Source: Candidatus Latescibacterota bacterium (lineage in GTDB: Bacteria; Latescibacterota; UBA2968; UBA8231). From it: 64,000 nt of DNA. A program made the position numbers and the translations under genes. The stretch spans positions 6,240,001 through 6,304,000 of the forward strand of contig OZ242214.1 in the NCBI GenBank assembly GCA_965206595.1, in the 5' to 3' direction. The notes under the pieces were generated by a model that worked only from the letters and a program-made list of their open reading frames with translations, was not told where the DNA came from and did no database searches. Of the stretch, positions 11,649 through 25,083 are shown one piece after another (position 1 is the first letter of the stretch; each line of letters starts with the position of its first letter).

Positions 11649-12889
11649 ATGTCGAAAAAGCCCACTGGATCGCGCCTGTGGCGGATCCTGATCCCGATCA
11701 CCATCGTCGCCGCCGGCGCCGGGGTGTACGCCGGGATGGTCGCCATGCAAACCCCGCCGCCCCGCCGCCCGCGTGTCCACATGGGCCCGTTGGTGGAAAC
11801 CATCTCCGCCCCGGCGCAGTCCCTGCGCGTGACCGTGAAGGGGCACGGGACCGTGCGCCCCGCCGAGGAGATCGACCTGGTTCCGCAGGTCGCCGGGGTC
11901 GTTGTGTGGAAATCGCCGCGGTTCGAATCGGGCGGCTTCTTCAAGCGCGGCGAGCTGCTGGTGCAGATCGATCCCAGGGAGTACCGGCTCGCCGTCGAGG
12001 TCGCCCAGGCCGAGGTGGCGCAGAGCCAGTACGCCCTCGAGGTGGCGCGGGGAGAGGCGGGTATCGCCCGCCAGGAATGGGAGCTGATCCAGGGAGCCGA
12101 GGGGGATTCGAACCCGCTGGCTCTGCACGTTCCCCAGCTTCGCGCCGCCGAGGCGAGGCTGCAGGCCGCCAGGGCGCGCGCCGAGGATGCGCGCCTGCGG
12201 CTCGAGCGCACCGAGTTGTACGCGCCGTTCGACGGGCGGGTGGGAGAAACCCGGCTCGACGGCGGGCAGTTTGCGTTCGCGGGGCAATCCCTGGCCCGCA
12301 TCCACGCCACCGGGGCGGCCGAGGTCGTCGTGCCGGTAGCGGACGAGGATCTCGCCTGGATCGAGCTGCCGGTTGTCGATGGCAACGGCAGCGGGAACCG
12401 GGGCGATCGGGCAGCGGTGGTGACCGCCATCGGCGGGGGCCGTGAGGACGCCGCCGAACCGGTTTTCCCGGGCGCCGCAATCAGCGGCCGTTACGCCGGC
12501 CGCGAGCGCCGCTGGCAGGGCGTGGTGCGCCGCATCGAAGGGGAGCTCGATCCGCGCAGCCGTCTGGCCAACCTGGTGGTCGAGGTCGCCGACCCCTACG
12601 CCGACCCGGAGGCGCCCCTGCTCGTGGGGGCGTTCGTCGACGTCGAGATCGCCGGCCGCGCCGTCGACGGGGTGCGCGCGCTGCCGCGCTACGCCCTGCG
12701 CGATGACGGCAGCATCTGGGTAGCGGCCGTGGACAGCACCTTGCGGGTGCGCCCGGCCGGCGTCGTCCACCGGCGCGGGGAAGAGGTGCTCGTCTACGCC
12801 GACCTCGAGCCCGGGGAGGAGGTCGTGGTCTCGGCCCTGCAGGGAGTCACCGACGGCATGCGCATCCGCGTCGCCGGGGAGGAATCGCG

Positions 12890-12893
<4 letters not shown>
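11649..12893 (+). CDS. RND efflux periplasmic adaptor (membrane fusion protein)
   Basis: N-terminal TM segment, lipoyl-like PQVAG...GELLVQID, LERTELYAPFDG. Confidence 0.92.
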
Positions 12894-16101
<3,208 letters not shown>

Positions 16102-16105
<4 letters not shown>

Positions 16106-16129
16106 CACTCCAAAGGCCCCGGCTATCTT
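16102..16129 (+). promoter_or_regulatory. Putative sigma70 promoter for the molybdoenzyme operon
   Basis: TTGACA (16102-16107), 16-nt spacer, TATCTT (16124-16129), upstream of an AGGAG RBS. Confidence 0.5.
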
Positions 16130-16212
16130 AGCCGGTCGCTTCAGACGGAAATTCACACAAGAGGGACCGGCGGCGTCCCGGCGCCGGTGGTATCCAATAG
16201 AGGAGCAGGGCT

Positions 16213-17121
16213 TTGAAGAACTTCGAATACACGGCTCCGCAAACCCTGAGAGAAGCAGTCCGACTGCTGGCGGAGAAAGGGTCCGACGCGCGCCTACTGG
16301 CAGGGGGAACCGACCTGATCGTGCAGATGCGGATCAACCGGTATCGCCCCGACCGCGTCGTCGACGTCAAGAACATCCCAGAGGTCAACGAGCTGGCCAT
16401 CCGGCCGCGCAAGGGCCTGGTCATCGGCGCCGCGGTTCCCTGCCATCGCATCTACGGCGACAGCGAGATTTGCGAGCGCTACCCGGGCCTCGTCGACGCC
16501 GCGGCGATCATCGGGGGCATCCAGATCCAGGGCCGCGCCACCTTCGGCGGCAATCTCTGCAACTCCTCGCCGAGCGCGGACACCACTCCGATCCTGATCG
16601 CCCACGGAGCCACCGCGGAAATTACCGGCCCCGAGGGCAAGCGCCGCGTCGCGGTCGAGGATTTCTGCACCGGCCCGGGGACCAACGTCCTGGGGGACGG
16701 CGAGCTGCTGGTTTCCCTGGTGGTGCCCCTCAATCGCAGGAACAGCGGCTCCCACTATCTGCGCTTCATCCCGCGGAACGAGATGGACATCGCCGTCGTC
16801 GGCGCCGGCGCCTGCGTCGAGCTGGGCAGCCGCGGCAAGGTTTTCAAGAGCGCCCGCATCGCTCTGGGGGCGGTGGCACCTACCCCTCTTTACGCCCGGG
16901 AGGCGAGCGAGAGCCTCGCCGGGAAGCCGGTAAGCGACGAGACGATCGCCGAGGCGGCCGAGGCGGCCAAGGGGATCGCCCGGCCGATTTCCGACATGCG
17001 CGGTCCTGCGGATTTTCGCACCCACCTCGTCGGGGTCCTGGTAAAACGGGCTCTCAACGGCGCCGTTGCCCGCGCTCGAGGCCAGTTCGTCGCCAACGCC
17101 GTCCAGGAAGCCGCGGGCTGA
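16213..17121 (+). CDS. Xanthine dehydrogenase family FAD-binding (medium) subunit
   Basis: LAGGTDL, ATFGGNLCNSSPSAD, ARIALGAVAPTP, PISDMRG; TTG start with AGGAG RBS. Confidence 0.93.
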   Translation: MKNFEYTAPQTLREAVRLLAEKGSDARLLAGGTDLIVQMRINRYRPDRVVDVKNIPEVNELAIRPRKGLVIGAAVPCHRIYGDSEICERYPGLVDAAAIIGGIQIQGRATFGGNLCNSSPSADTTPILIAHGATAEITGPEGKRRVAVEDFCTGPGTNVLGDGELLVSLVVPLNRRNSGSHYLRFIPRNEMDIAVVGAGACVELGSRGKVFKSARIALGAVAPTPLYAREASESLAGKPVSDETIAEAAEAAKGIARPISDMRGPADFRTHLVGVLVKRALNGAVARARGQFVANAVQEAAG

Positions 17122-17216
17122 TTTTCGGTCAGCGGTTCTGTGAGTCGAGACCAGGTGGATCGTGTTAACAAGACAGTGACCAGAATCGTTTCAAGAAAAA
17201 GGGATGAGTTGAGATC

Positions 17217-17696
17217 ATGAGCGACAAGATTCACATCAGCTGTAAGTTGAATGGGGAGGCCACCGATTTTCTGTGCGAGGCGCGGCAGAGCCTGCTCGAG
17301 GTGGTGCGCGAGGAGTTGGGATTCACCGGCACAAAGGAGGGCTGCAACGACGGCAACTGCGGCGCCTGCAGCGTGCTGCTCGACGGCGTGCTGCTCGACT
17401 CCTGCCTGGTGCTCGCCATCGAGGCCGACGGCAAGGAGATCACCACGGTCGAGGGCTTGGCGACGCCGGAGGGACTGCATCCCCTGCAGCAGAAGTTCCT
17501 CGAGCACGCCAGTCTGCAGTGCGGCATCTGCACCCCGGGTTTTCTCGTCGCCAGCAAGGCGCTGCTCGACAGGAATCCCGATCCCAGCGAGCACGAAGTC
17601 CGCCACTGGCTGGCCGGAAACCTCTGCCGCTGCACCGGATACGACAAGATCGTGCGCGCCGTTCTCGACGCCGCTGAGGAAGTGCGCGGCGCCTGA
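17217..17696 (+). CDS. Xanthine dehydrogenase family 2x[2Fe-2S] (small) subunit
   Basis: GCNDGNCGACSV...C, QCGICTPG, GNLCRCTGY. Confidence 0.95.
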   Translation: MSDKIHISCKLNGEATDFLCEARQSLLEVVREELGFTGTKEGCNDGNCGACSVLLDGVLLDSCLVLAIEADGKEITTVEGLATPEGLHPLQQKFLEHASLQCGICTPGFLVASKALLDRNPDPSEHEVRHWLAGNLCRCTGYDKIVRAVLDAAEEVRGA

Positions 17697-17745
17697 ACGG
17701 CGGCCAACAGGAACGAACCGCTTTCAGAAACACGGAGGATGAGAG

Positions 17746-20058
17746 ATGGCATCGTCCCACGGTGAGATTCGCGACTACGGCAACAGGGAGTACAAGGTCA
17801 TCGGCACCAGGCCGATTCGGCACGACGGCACCGACAAGGTGACCGGGCGCGCCGTGTATGGCGGCGATGTGCAGCTCCCCGGCATGCTCTACGGGCAGGT
17901 GCTGCGCTCGCCACACGGGCACGCCCGCATCAAGTCGATCGACACCAGCAGGGCCGAAGCGCTGGAGGGGGTGCGCGCCGTGGTCACTGGACTGGGCGAT
18001 CTGCCCCCGACCGAAGGGGACGAGATCGTCGACCTCGGAGAGGGGCCGGCCAGGTTGAAATACATGCGCGACAACGTCTTGGCCACCGACAAGGTGCTCT
18101 ACCGCGGCCATGCGGTCGCCGCGGTCGCCGCGGTCAACCCGCACATCGCCGAGGAAGCGCTCGGCCTGATAGACGTCGAGTACGAGGTGCTGCCGTCGTA
18201 CACCGAGGTCCTCGAGGCGATGAAGGAGGATGCCGTGCTCCTGCACGAGGACCTGACCACGCAGGAGTTCGGCGAGGACACCGGCAGGAAGAGCAACATC
18301 GCCTCCCACAATCAGGACAAGCTCGGCGACGTCGCCGAAGGTTTCGTCCGGGCGGACGTGGTGGCCGAGTACGAGGTCAACACCGCCACCGTGCACCAGG
18401 GGTACATCGAACCGCACAACGGCACCGCTTCCTGGAGCCAGGACGGCAACCTGACGGTCTGGACCAGCACCCAGGGCTCCTTCACCGCACGCGGTCAGCT
18501 CGGGGCCGTGCTCGATGTCCCGGTGCAGAAGGTCAAGGTCGTGCCGCAGGAGATCGGCGGCGGCTTTGGCGGTAAGATCCCGGTCTACCTCGAGCCGGTG
18601 GCTGCGCTGCTTTCGCGCAAGACCGGACAGCCCGTCAAGATCATCATGACCCGGGCGGCCTGCTTCGAAGGCACCGGGCCGACGCCGGGATCGATCGTGC
18701 GCGTCAAGATGGGGGCCGACAGGAACGGCCGGCTGACCGCGGCCGAGGCCTGGATCGCCTTCGAGGCCGGGGGGTATCCCGGTTCGCCGGTGTTCGCCGC
18801 GGCGATGTGCGTCTTTTCCTGCTACGATATCCCCAACTGTCTCGTCGACAGTTTCGACGTGGTGACCAACAAGCCCCGCAGCTTCGCCTACCGCGCCCCG
18901 GGATCGACCCACGTCGCCTTCGCCACCGAGAAGGTGATGGACGATCTCGCCGCCCAGCTCGGGAAGGATCCGGTGGAGTTCCGCCTGCAGAACGTCGCCG
19001 TAGAGGGGACGCGGCGCTCCGACGGCGTCGTCTATCCGCGTATAGGGGCGAGGGAGTGCCTGGAGGTGATACGCGACCACGACCATTACAAGGCCGCGCT
19101 GGAAGGACCGAACCGGGGCCGCGGGATGGCCCTGGGCTACTGGTTCAACATCGGCTTCAAGTCCGCGGTGACCGCTTCCGTGAACGACGACGGCACCGTA
19201 AACCTCGTCGAGGGCTCCACCGACATCGGCGGCACCCGCACCAGCATCGCCATGCAGTTCGCCGAGACCATCGGGCTGGCCGCCGAAGAGATCAACCCCG
19301 CGGTGGTCGACACCAACTCGATCGGCTTCACCGACGTTACCGGGGGCAGCCGGGTTACCTACGCCACCGGCTGGGCGGCCCACGACGCCGCCATCGACGT
19401 CCGCAACCAGATGATCGAGCGGGCAGCGGCCCTGTGGGAGGTCGATGCGGCGGATGTCGAGTACGAGGACGGATTCTTCCGCACCAGGGACGGCGCCAGG
19501 AAGCTGACCTTCAAGGAGCTGGCCGGGAGGCTGGGCGAAACCGGAGGCCCGGTGATCGGCAAGGCCTCGGTCGATCCCAACGCCGGCGTCGGCGGCTCGT
19601 TTTCCGCCAACATCGTCGACGTCGAGGTCGACCCGGAGACGGGCAAGGTCACCATCCTGCGCTTCACGGCGATCCAGGATGCCGGCAAGGCGATTCACCC
19701 CAGCTACGTCGAGGGCCAGATGCAGGGCGGGTCGGTTCAGGGTATCGGCTGGGCCCTCAACGAGGAGTACTTCTACGCCGACGGGGTCATGGAGAACTCG
19801 ACCTTCCTCGACTACCGCATTCCGACCACTCTCGACCTGCCGATGATCGACACCGTCATCGTCGAGGTACCCAACCCCGGCCACCCGTTCGGGGTCCGCG
19901 GCGTCGGTGAGGCGAACATCGCTCCGCCGCCGGCCGCAATCGCGTCGGCGATCGCCGACGCCACAGGGGTGCGGCTCTGCGACCTGCCGATGCGTCCCGA
20001 CCGCATCGCCGCGGCGATCGCTGAAAAACGGGAGGCGGATTCGCTGGCGGCCGGATAG
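17746..20058 (+). CDS. Xanthine dehydrogenase/aldehyde oxidoreductase family molybdopterin-binding (large) subunit
   Basis: KVTGRAVY, HQGYIEPH, GGGFGGK, AYRAPG, EGQMQGG, GVRGVGE. Confidence 0.95.
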   Translation: MASSHGEIRDYGNREYKVIGTRPIRHDGTDKVTGRAVYGGDVQLPGMLYGQVLRSPHGHARIKSIDTSRAEALEGVRAVVTGLGDLPPTEGDEIVDLGEGPARLKYMRDNVLATDKVLYRGHAVAAVAAVNPHIAEEALGLIDVEYEVLPSYTEVLEAMKEDAVLLHEDLTTQEFGEDTGRKSNIASHNQDKLGDVAEGFVRADVVAEYEVNTATVHQGYIEPHNGTASWSQDGNLTVWTSTQGSFTARGQLGAVLDVPVQKVKVVPQEIGGGFGGKIPVYLEPVAALLSRKTGQPVKIIMTRAACFEGTGPTPGSIVRVKMGADRNGRLTAAEAWIAFEAGGYPGSPVFAAAMCVFSCYDIPNCLVDSFDVVTNKPRSFAYRAPGSTHVAFATEKVMDDLAAQLGKDPVEFRLQNVAVEGTRRSDGVVYPRIGARECLEVIRDHDHYKAALEGPNRGRGMALGYWFNIGFKSAVTASVNDDGTVNLVEGSTDIGGTRTSIAMQFAETIGLAAEEINPAVVDTNSIGFTDVTGGSRVTYATGWAAHDAAIDVRNQMIERAAALWEVDAADVEYEDGFFRTRDGARKLTFKELAGRLGETGGPVIGKASVDPNAGVGGSFSANIVDVEVDPETGKVTILRFTAIQDAGKAIHPSYVEGQMQGGSVQGIGWALNEEYFYADGVMENSTFLDYRIPTTLDLPMIDTVIVEVPNPGHPFGVRGVGEANIAPPPAAIASAIADATGVRLCDLPMRPDRIAAAIAEKREADSLAAG

Positions 20059-20106
20059 CCCTGGGGATATTTGCCCCGGGCTCCGGAAGCGGCACCCTTC
20101 TTCTTC

Positions 20107-20382
20107 ATGCCGACCGTTTGGATTCCACCCCTCTGGAGAGACAAGCTCACCGGGGGGCAGGAGACGGTGGAAGTGTCCGGCGGCACGGTGCGCGAAATCG
20201 TCGCCGAGCTCGAGGTCCGGTTTCCTGGGATTCGCGAGCGCCTCGTCGACGAGGAGGAAGACCGGATTCGCCGCAACATCGCCGTCGCCGTCGACGGGGA
20301 GGTGTCGCGGGAGGGAATGCGCAGGAAGGTTCCCGAGGGCGGCGAGGTCCACTTCCTGCCGGCGATGAGCGGCGGCAGTTAG
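20107..20382 (+). CDS. MoaD/ThiS family sulfur-carrier (ubiquitin-like) protein
   Basis: Beta-grasp pattern, ends VHFLPAMSGGS; lies directly after the molybdoenzyme large subunit. Confidence 0.85.
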   Translation: MPTVWIPPLWRDKLTGGQETVEVSGGTVREIVAELEVRFPGIRERLVDEEEDRIRRNIAVAVDGEVSREGMRRKVPEGGEVHFLPAMSGGS

Positions 20383-20566
20383 TTCCCACCAAAAGCGGCA
20401 ATCCTGCAGTTCTACGTTCGGGCAGCCTTGCGGCTGCGGCAGGCGGGAGAGCGGGGAGAAGGTTGCCTGCCCTCGCCGAGAACCTGCTGATTCGCCCCCT
20501 CAGTCCGGATCCGGGATCCGACGTCCGTCGTCCCTGCCTGTCAGGATCCCCTCTTCGGGCAGCCGA

Positions 20567-22213
20567 CTACCCCCTTGAGAGAGTGATAACGAGAATGACG
20601 ATGGTGGACACCTCGCCGATGACCGCCATCGTCTGGGTGAAGATGGTCCAGTAGTCGCGTACCGGTTTCTCCTTGATCCAGATGCGGTCGCCGGGATCGA
20701 TCACGCGCACGTTCTTGGCCGGCTTGATCTGTCCGGTGCGCGCCTTGATGACGCGCACGTCGTCCGATGCCCGCCAGCCGTACCCGCCGGCGCTCTCGAT
20801 GTAGTCCCACACGGAATAGTCGGGGTTGTAGACGACGGCGCCGGGACTGGTCGCAGCGCCGCTGACTATCACCATCTGCTGAAGGCGCGGTATCGCGATG
20901 ATGTCTCCGGGCAGCAGTGCGATGTCCTGGGATTCGTCCCCCGCCTCGAGGGCGACGAAATCGACGACCATCTCCCCCGGCCTCTCGCGGCTTTTCATGA
21001 TGAAATACTGGTCCTCGTCTTCCGTCCTGTCGGCGGGGGGGATATAGCGGATGCGCTCGAATTCGGGATCCTCGACGACCTCTTCCCGCAGCCTGACCAC
21101 CCTCGCTTCGGACAGGGCCGCCTCGGGGGTGAACCCGCCCGCCAGGGCGATCACCTCGCTCAGGGAGGTGCCGTCTACGTGGACGACGTGGAAACCGGGC
21201 AGCATGACCTCCCCGACGATCTGGACCGTGCTGCGATCGTGGTACCCAGTCAGCCTCCTGAGGACGATCCAGTCGCCGGCCTGCAGCGGCAGGTCGGCCT
21301 CTTCCTGTCCCTGCAGAATCCCCTCGATGTCGATACGGCTCGTGTAGCGGGTCTTGCTGTCCTCGCGATAGCGGAAGAGGAAAGCGTTCTCGGAATCGTG
21401 AGAGGGGGCGGCCCCGAGAGCGAGCGTGAGGAGGTCGCTGATGCGGTCTCCCTCCACGAACTCGAAGAATCCGGGCCGCTGAACCGCCTCGCGGGCGGCG
21501 ATCTGGCCCATCCGCGCAGGGACCAGGACGACATCGCCGTCTTCGATGAACGGGTTGTACCGGGACAGCCCGGTTGCTTCGTACAGGCCCAGATCGACGC
21601 GGCGGGAGGTCATCGACTCGAGCTCCCTCGTATCTCCCTGCTGAGCGCGCTCGCCCAGTTTCACAGCCGAGTCGGCATCGAGCCCGGTCTTGATAACGAG
21701 GATGTTGCGGCTCGAGGCGACGTTGACCAATCCGCCGGCCTTGCGGATCAACTCCCCGACCCGCTCCACGCCGCTGGTCTGACGGATTCCAGGCTCCTTG
21801 ACCATGCCGACCACGGAAACGGGGAACTGGCGGATCTGGCTGAGCTCGACGTGGATCTTGCCCACCCGCACGGTTTGCCGGAAGGCATCGGCAATCGCCT
21901 TGTGCGCCTCCCGCAGCCGCAGTCCGCCGACCTGGACGGCGCCGACCTTCGGGATGAACACCCCGCCCTCGGAAAGCACCACGCTCACGAGCGGCTCTTC
22001 CATGATGCTGGTGTAGATCAGGAATTCGTCCCCGGGCCCTACCAGGTAGTTTCCGTTCGCCAGCACCTCGCGAAAGGCCTCCATGCCGATCGCCACCTCG
22101 GTGGACTGCTCCCCCGGCTCTACGGGGGCCTGTTCCTCCTGCTGGGCGGCGGCTAACGCAGTCAGGGCGAGAAGCCATGCCGAAGCGGCCAACAGGGCAA
22201 AGGACCACCTCAT
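20567..22213 (-). CDS. SLBB-domain polysaccharide export protein (Wza-like)
   Basis: Signal peptide MRWSFALLAASAWLL, YLVGPGD, repeated VSVVGMV..PG / GEV..PG / AGG SLBB motifs. ATG 22213 overlaps the upstream stop. Confidence 0.88.
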   Translation of the reverse strand: MRWSFALLAASAWLLALTALAAAQQEEQAPVEPGEQSTEVAIGMEAFREVLANGNYLVGPGDEFLIYTSIMEEPLVSVVLSEGGVFIPKVGAVQVGGLRLREAHKAIADAFRQTVRVGKIHVELSQIRQFPVSVVGMVKEPGIRQTSGVERVGELIRKAGGLVNVASSRNILVIKTGLDADSAVKLGERAQQGDTRELESMTSRRVDLGLYEATGLSRYNPFIEDGDVVLVPARMGQIAAREAVQRPGFFEFVEGDRISDLLTLALGAAPSHDSENAFLFRYREDSKTRYTSRIDIEGILQGQEEADLPLQAGDWIVLRRLTGYHDRSTVQIVGEVMLPGFHVVHVDGTSLSEVIALAGGFTPEAALSEARVVRLREEVVEDPEFERIRYIPPADRTEDEDQYFIMKSRERPGEMVVDFVALEAGDESQDIALLPGDIIAIPRLQQMVIVSGAATSPGAVVYNPDYSVWDYIESAGGYGWRASDDVRVIKARTGQIKPAKNVRVIDPGDRIWIKEKPVRDYWTIFTQTMAVIGEVSTIVILVITLSRG

Positions 22214-22745
22214 GGCGCTGTCTCCGGCGATGACCGCCAGCTTTCGTATGCGGTGACTTTCATGCTGCCATCCTCTCCTTTTTCGGCGTACAGGCGAAAT
22301 CCATCGGCGGCGTAGCTGCCGAACACGCCGGTGCCCTCGTCGACGTGAAAGATCGGACCGGTGTCGCTGTCGGCGCCCGAAATTCCGTTCCGTGAGACCT
22401 CGTATTCTCCCTCGAAACGGACCCCGAACCACCAGAAGTCGCTGTGCGTCGAGTCGGCCAACCAGTAGTCGAAGACGCGGTTCTGGGAGAGCTCCCGGCG
22501 CTTCCGGCGCCACTTCCGGCGCCACTTCCGGCCTTGCTCCAGTCCTCGCGGTCGATCTCGTCCCAGTCTTCCTGCTCCCGGTCCCGCAGCCAGGATCCCG
22601 CCGCTGTCGCCGCGCACCATGGAGATGTTTTCCCCCAGGAAATCTCTCAGCCTCCGGATCTCGCGATCCAGCGCCGCCAGCGAATCGGCATCGACCTGCC
22701 CGGAGAGGGGTTCGCGCAGGGCGACCAGCGAGTCGAGGTCAGCGG
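22210..22745 (-). pseudogene. C-terminal remnant of a lipoprotein of the type that follows TonB receptors (DUF4249-like)
   Basis: Coding-like frames ADLDSLVALREPL...; WLRDREQEDWDEID...; VFDYWLADS...HVDEGTGVFGSYAAD, broken by frameshifts and a 12-bp tandem repeat; no 5' end. Confidence 0.5.
22501..22532. repeat. 12-bp tandem repeat (CTTCCGGCGCCA x2.7)
   Basis: Read directly from the sequence. Confidence 0.8.
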
Positions 22746-23489
22746 CTCGGCGGTGAACCGCTCCTTGTTGCCCTCGTCGGTGATGACGTTGAGCACCGAC
22801 GAGAGGCGGCCGCCGTACCTGGCGGGGTAGCCGCCGCGCAGCAGCTCGGTGCTCTTGGCAGCGTCGACGGGAATGGTGCTGAAGAGCCCGAACATGTGGG
22901 AGGCGTTGTAGACCTCGGAGCCGTCGAGGAGGACGAGGTTCTGATCCGGGGTGCCGCCGCGGACGTAGAGGCCGACCGAGAAGTCGGACAGGCTGGCCAC
23001 GCCGGGCAGGGTCTGTATCGTGCGGATCGGATCCGCCGAAAGCGCTGCGGGTGCCGTCTTGAGCTCGCGGACCTGCAGCGTCGTCCGGCCCGGGGAGATG
23101 TCGAAGCTCTCGACCTTTTGCCGCCCTGCCTCCACTACCGTCTCCTCGACCTCGATGGCCCTTTTCTCCATGCGGACTTCGACGACGATGTCGCCATCGG
23201 CGATCTCGAGCTCCCGCGTTTCGGTCCGGTAGCCGATGATGGAGGCGACGAGGGTGTAGCGTCCCGGGGGGACGCCAGCGATGGTGTAGTACCCGCTCTC
23301 GTTCGAGATGCTGCCCCAGTTGAGGCTTTCGAGGTAGACTGTGGCGAACGGCTGGCTTTCGCCGTCACTGGCGTCGCGAACGAAGCCGCTGATGTCGGCC
23401 GCTTCGGCGGTTCCCGTCCCGGCGGCGAAGGCAGCCTGAAGCAGGGCAGCGGGGAGGGGGGCGCTGGACGCGCGCAGGAACCTCCGCAA
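22647..23489 (-). pseudogene. TonB-dependent receptor, truncated (carboxypeptidase-regulatory-like and plug domains only)
   Basis: ISGFVRDASDGE, IQTLPGV, LYVRGGTPDQNLVLLDG, GGYPARYGGRLSSVL, then similarity is lost at about 22750; no beta-barrel. Confidence 0.8.
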
Positions 23490-23492
23490 GGA

Positions 23493-23939
<447 letters not shown>

Positions 23940-24074
23940 GGGGCCCGGCGGCGCGGCGTTTCCGGGGCCCCTCTCAGCCAGGAGAGGGTGCCGCAATCCG
24001 GCTGCTGGCGACCGCACGCACGGTGCGTAGCGGCGCCGTGGCGATCGACGCCGTCCCGGTGCGGCGGCCGGGGT

Positions 24075-25079
24075 TCAACGGTTCGCATACTGCTTCTCGT
24101 AGTAAGCCCGGTATTCTTCCCCGGACTTGATCCGCCGCCACCAGGCCTCGTTGCGGACGTACCAGTCCACGGTGGCGCTCATGGAGGTGGCCAGGTCGCG
24201 CCGCGGCTTCCAGCCCAGGGCGGCGATCTTGGAGGAGTCGAGGGCGTAGCGGTAGTCGTGCCCGCTGCGGTCCCTGACGAACTGGATGAGGGCTTCGGGC
24301 TTGCCGAGCTGCTCGAGAATCGCGTGCGCGACCTCGAGGCCGTTCGACTCGTTCTCCCCTCCGACGTTGTAGACCTCGCCCACCTGCCCTTCGCGCAGCA
24401 CCAGGTCGATGGCTTCGCAGTGATCCTCGACGTGGAGGTGATCGCGCACCTGACTGCCGTCGCCGTAGACCGGCAGCGGCCGGTCGTCGATGGCGTTGGT
24501 GATGTAGAGCGGGACCCGTTTCTCCGGGTACTGGCAGGGGCCGATGTTGTTCGACGCCCGTGTGATCACCGCGGGCAGGCCGTGGTTGAGGTGGTATGCC
24601 CGCACCATGATGTCGGCGCTCGCCTTGCTGGCCGAGTAGGGATTGCGCGGGTCGATGGGGGACTCTTCGGTCCAGGCCCCCTCCTCGAGGCTGCCGTAGA
24701 CCTCGTCGGTGCTGACTTGGAGATAGCGTTCGATCCCGCAGCGGTTGGCCGCTTCGAGCAGCACCGCGGTCCCGTAGACGTTGGTGCGCACGAACTCGGC
24801 GCCGCCGAGCAGGGAGCGGTCGACGTGGCTCTCCGCGGCGAAATGGACGACGGCGTCCGCTTCCTCCACGAGGGGGTCGACGGCCTGCGGATCGCAGACG
24901 TCTCCGCGCACGAACCGGTAGCGCGGATCTCCCTCGACATCGGCGAGGTTCTCCGGGTTACCGGCGTAGGTCAGCTTGTCGAGGTTGGTCACCGTGCAGG
25001 CAGGGTGCCGGGCGAGCAGGTAGCGCACGAAATTGCTGCCGATGAAACCGCATCCCCCGGTGACGAGTATTCTCTTCAT
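24075..25079 (-). CDS. rfbB: dTDP-glucose 4,6-dehydratase
   Basis: TGGCGFIGSNF, DKLTYAGN, FAAESHVDRS, STDEVYG, YSASK, GHDYRY. Confidence 0.95.
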   Translation of the reverse strand: MKRILVTGGCGFIGSNFVRYLLARHPACTVTNLDKLTYAGNPENLADVEGDPRYRFVRGDVCDPQAVDPLVEEADAVVHFAAESHVDRSLLGGAEFVRTNVYGTAVLLEAANRCGIERYLQVSTDEVYGSLEEGAWTEESPIDPRNPYSASKASADIMVRAYHLNHGLPAVITRASNNIGPCQYPEKRVPLYITNAIDDRPLPVYGDGSQVRDHLHVEDHCEAIDLVLREGQVGEVYNVGGENESNGLEVAHAILEQLGKPEALIQFVRDRSGHDYRYALDSSKIAALGWKPRRDLATSMSATVDWYVRNEAWWRRIKSGEEYRAYYEKQYANR

Positions 25080-25083
25080 CGCC

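Noticed and set aside
16213-20058. Aerobic CO dehydrogenase (coxMSL)
   Set aside because: Active-site loop AYRAPG matches neither form I nor form II CoxL
22214-22525. N-terminal 104 aa of the 652-aa SLBB ORF
   Set aside because: Overlaps the upstream remnant gene in another frame; the signal peptide begins at 22213
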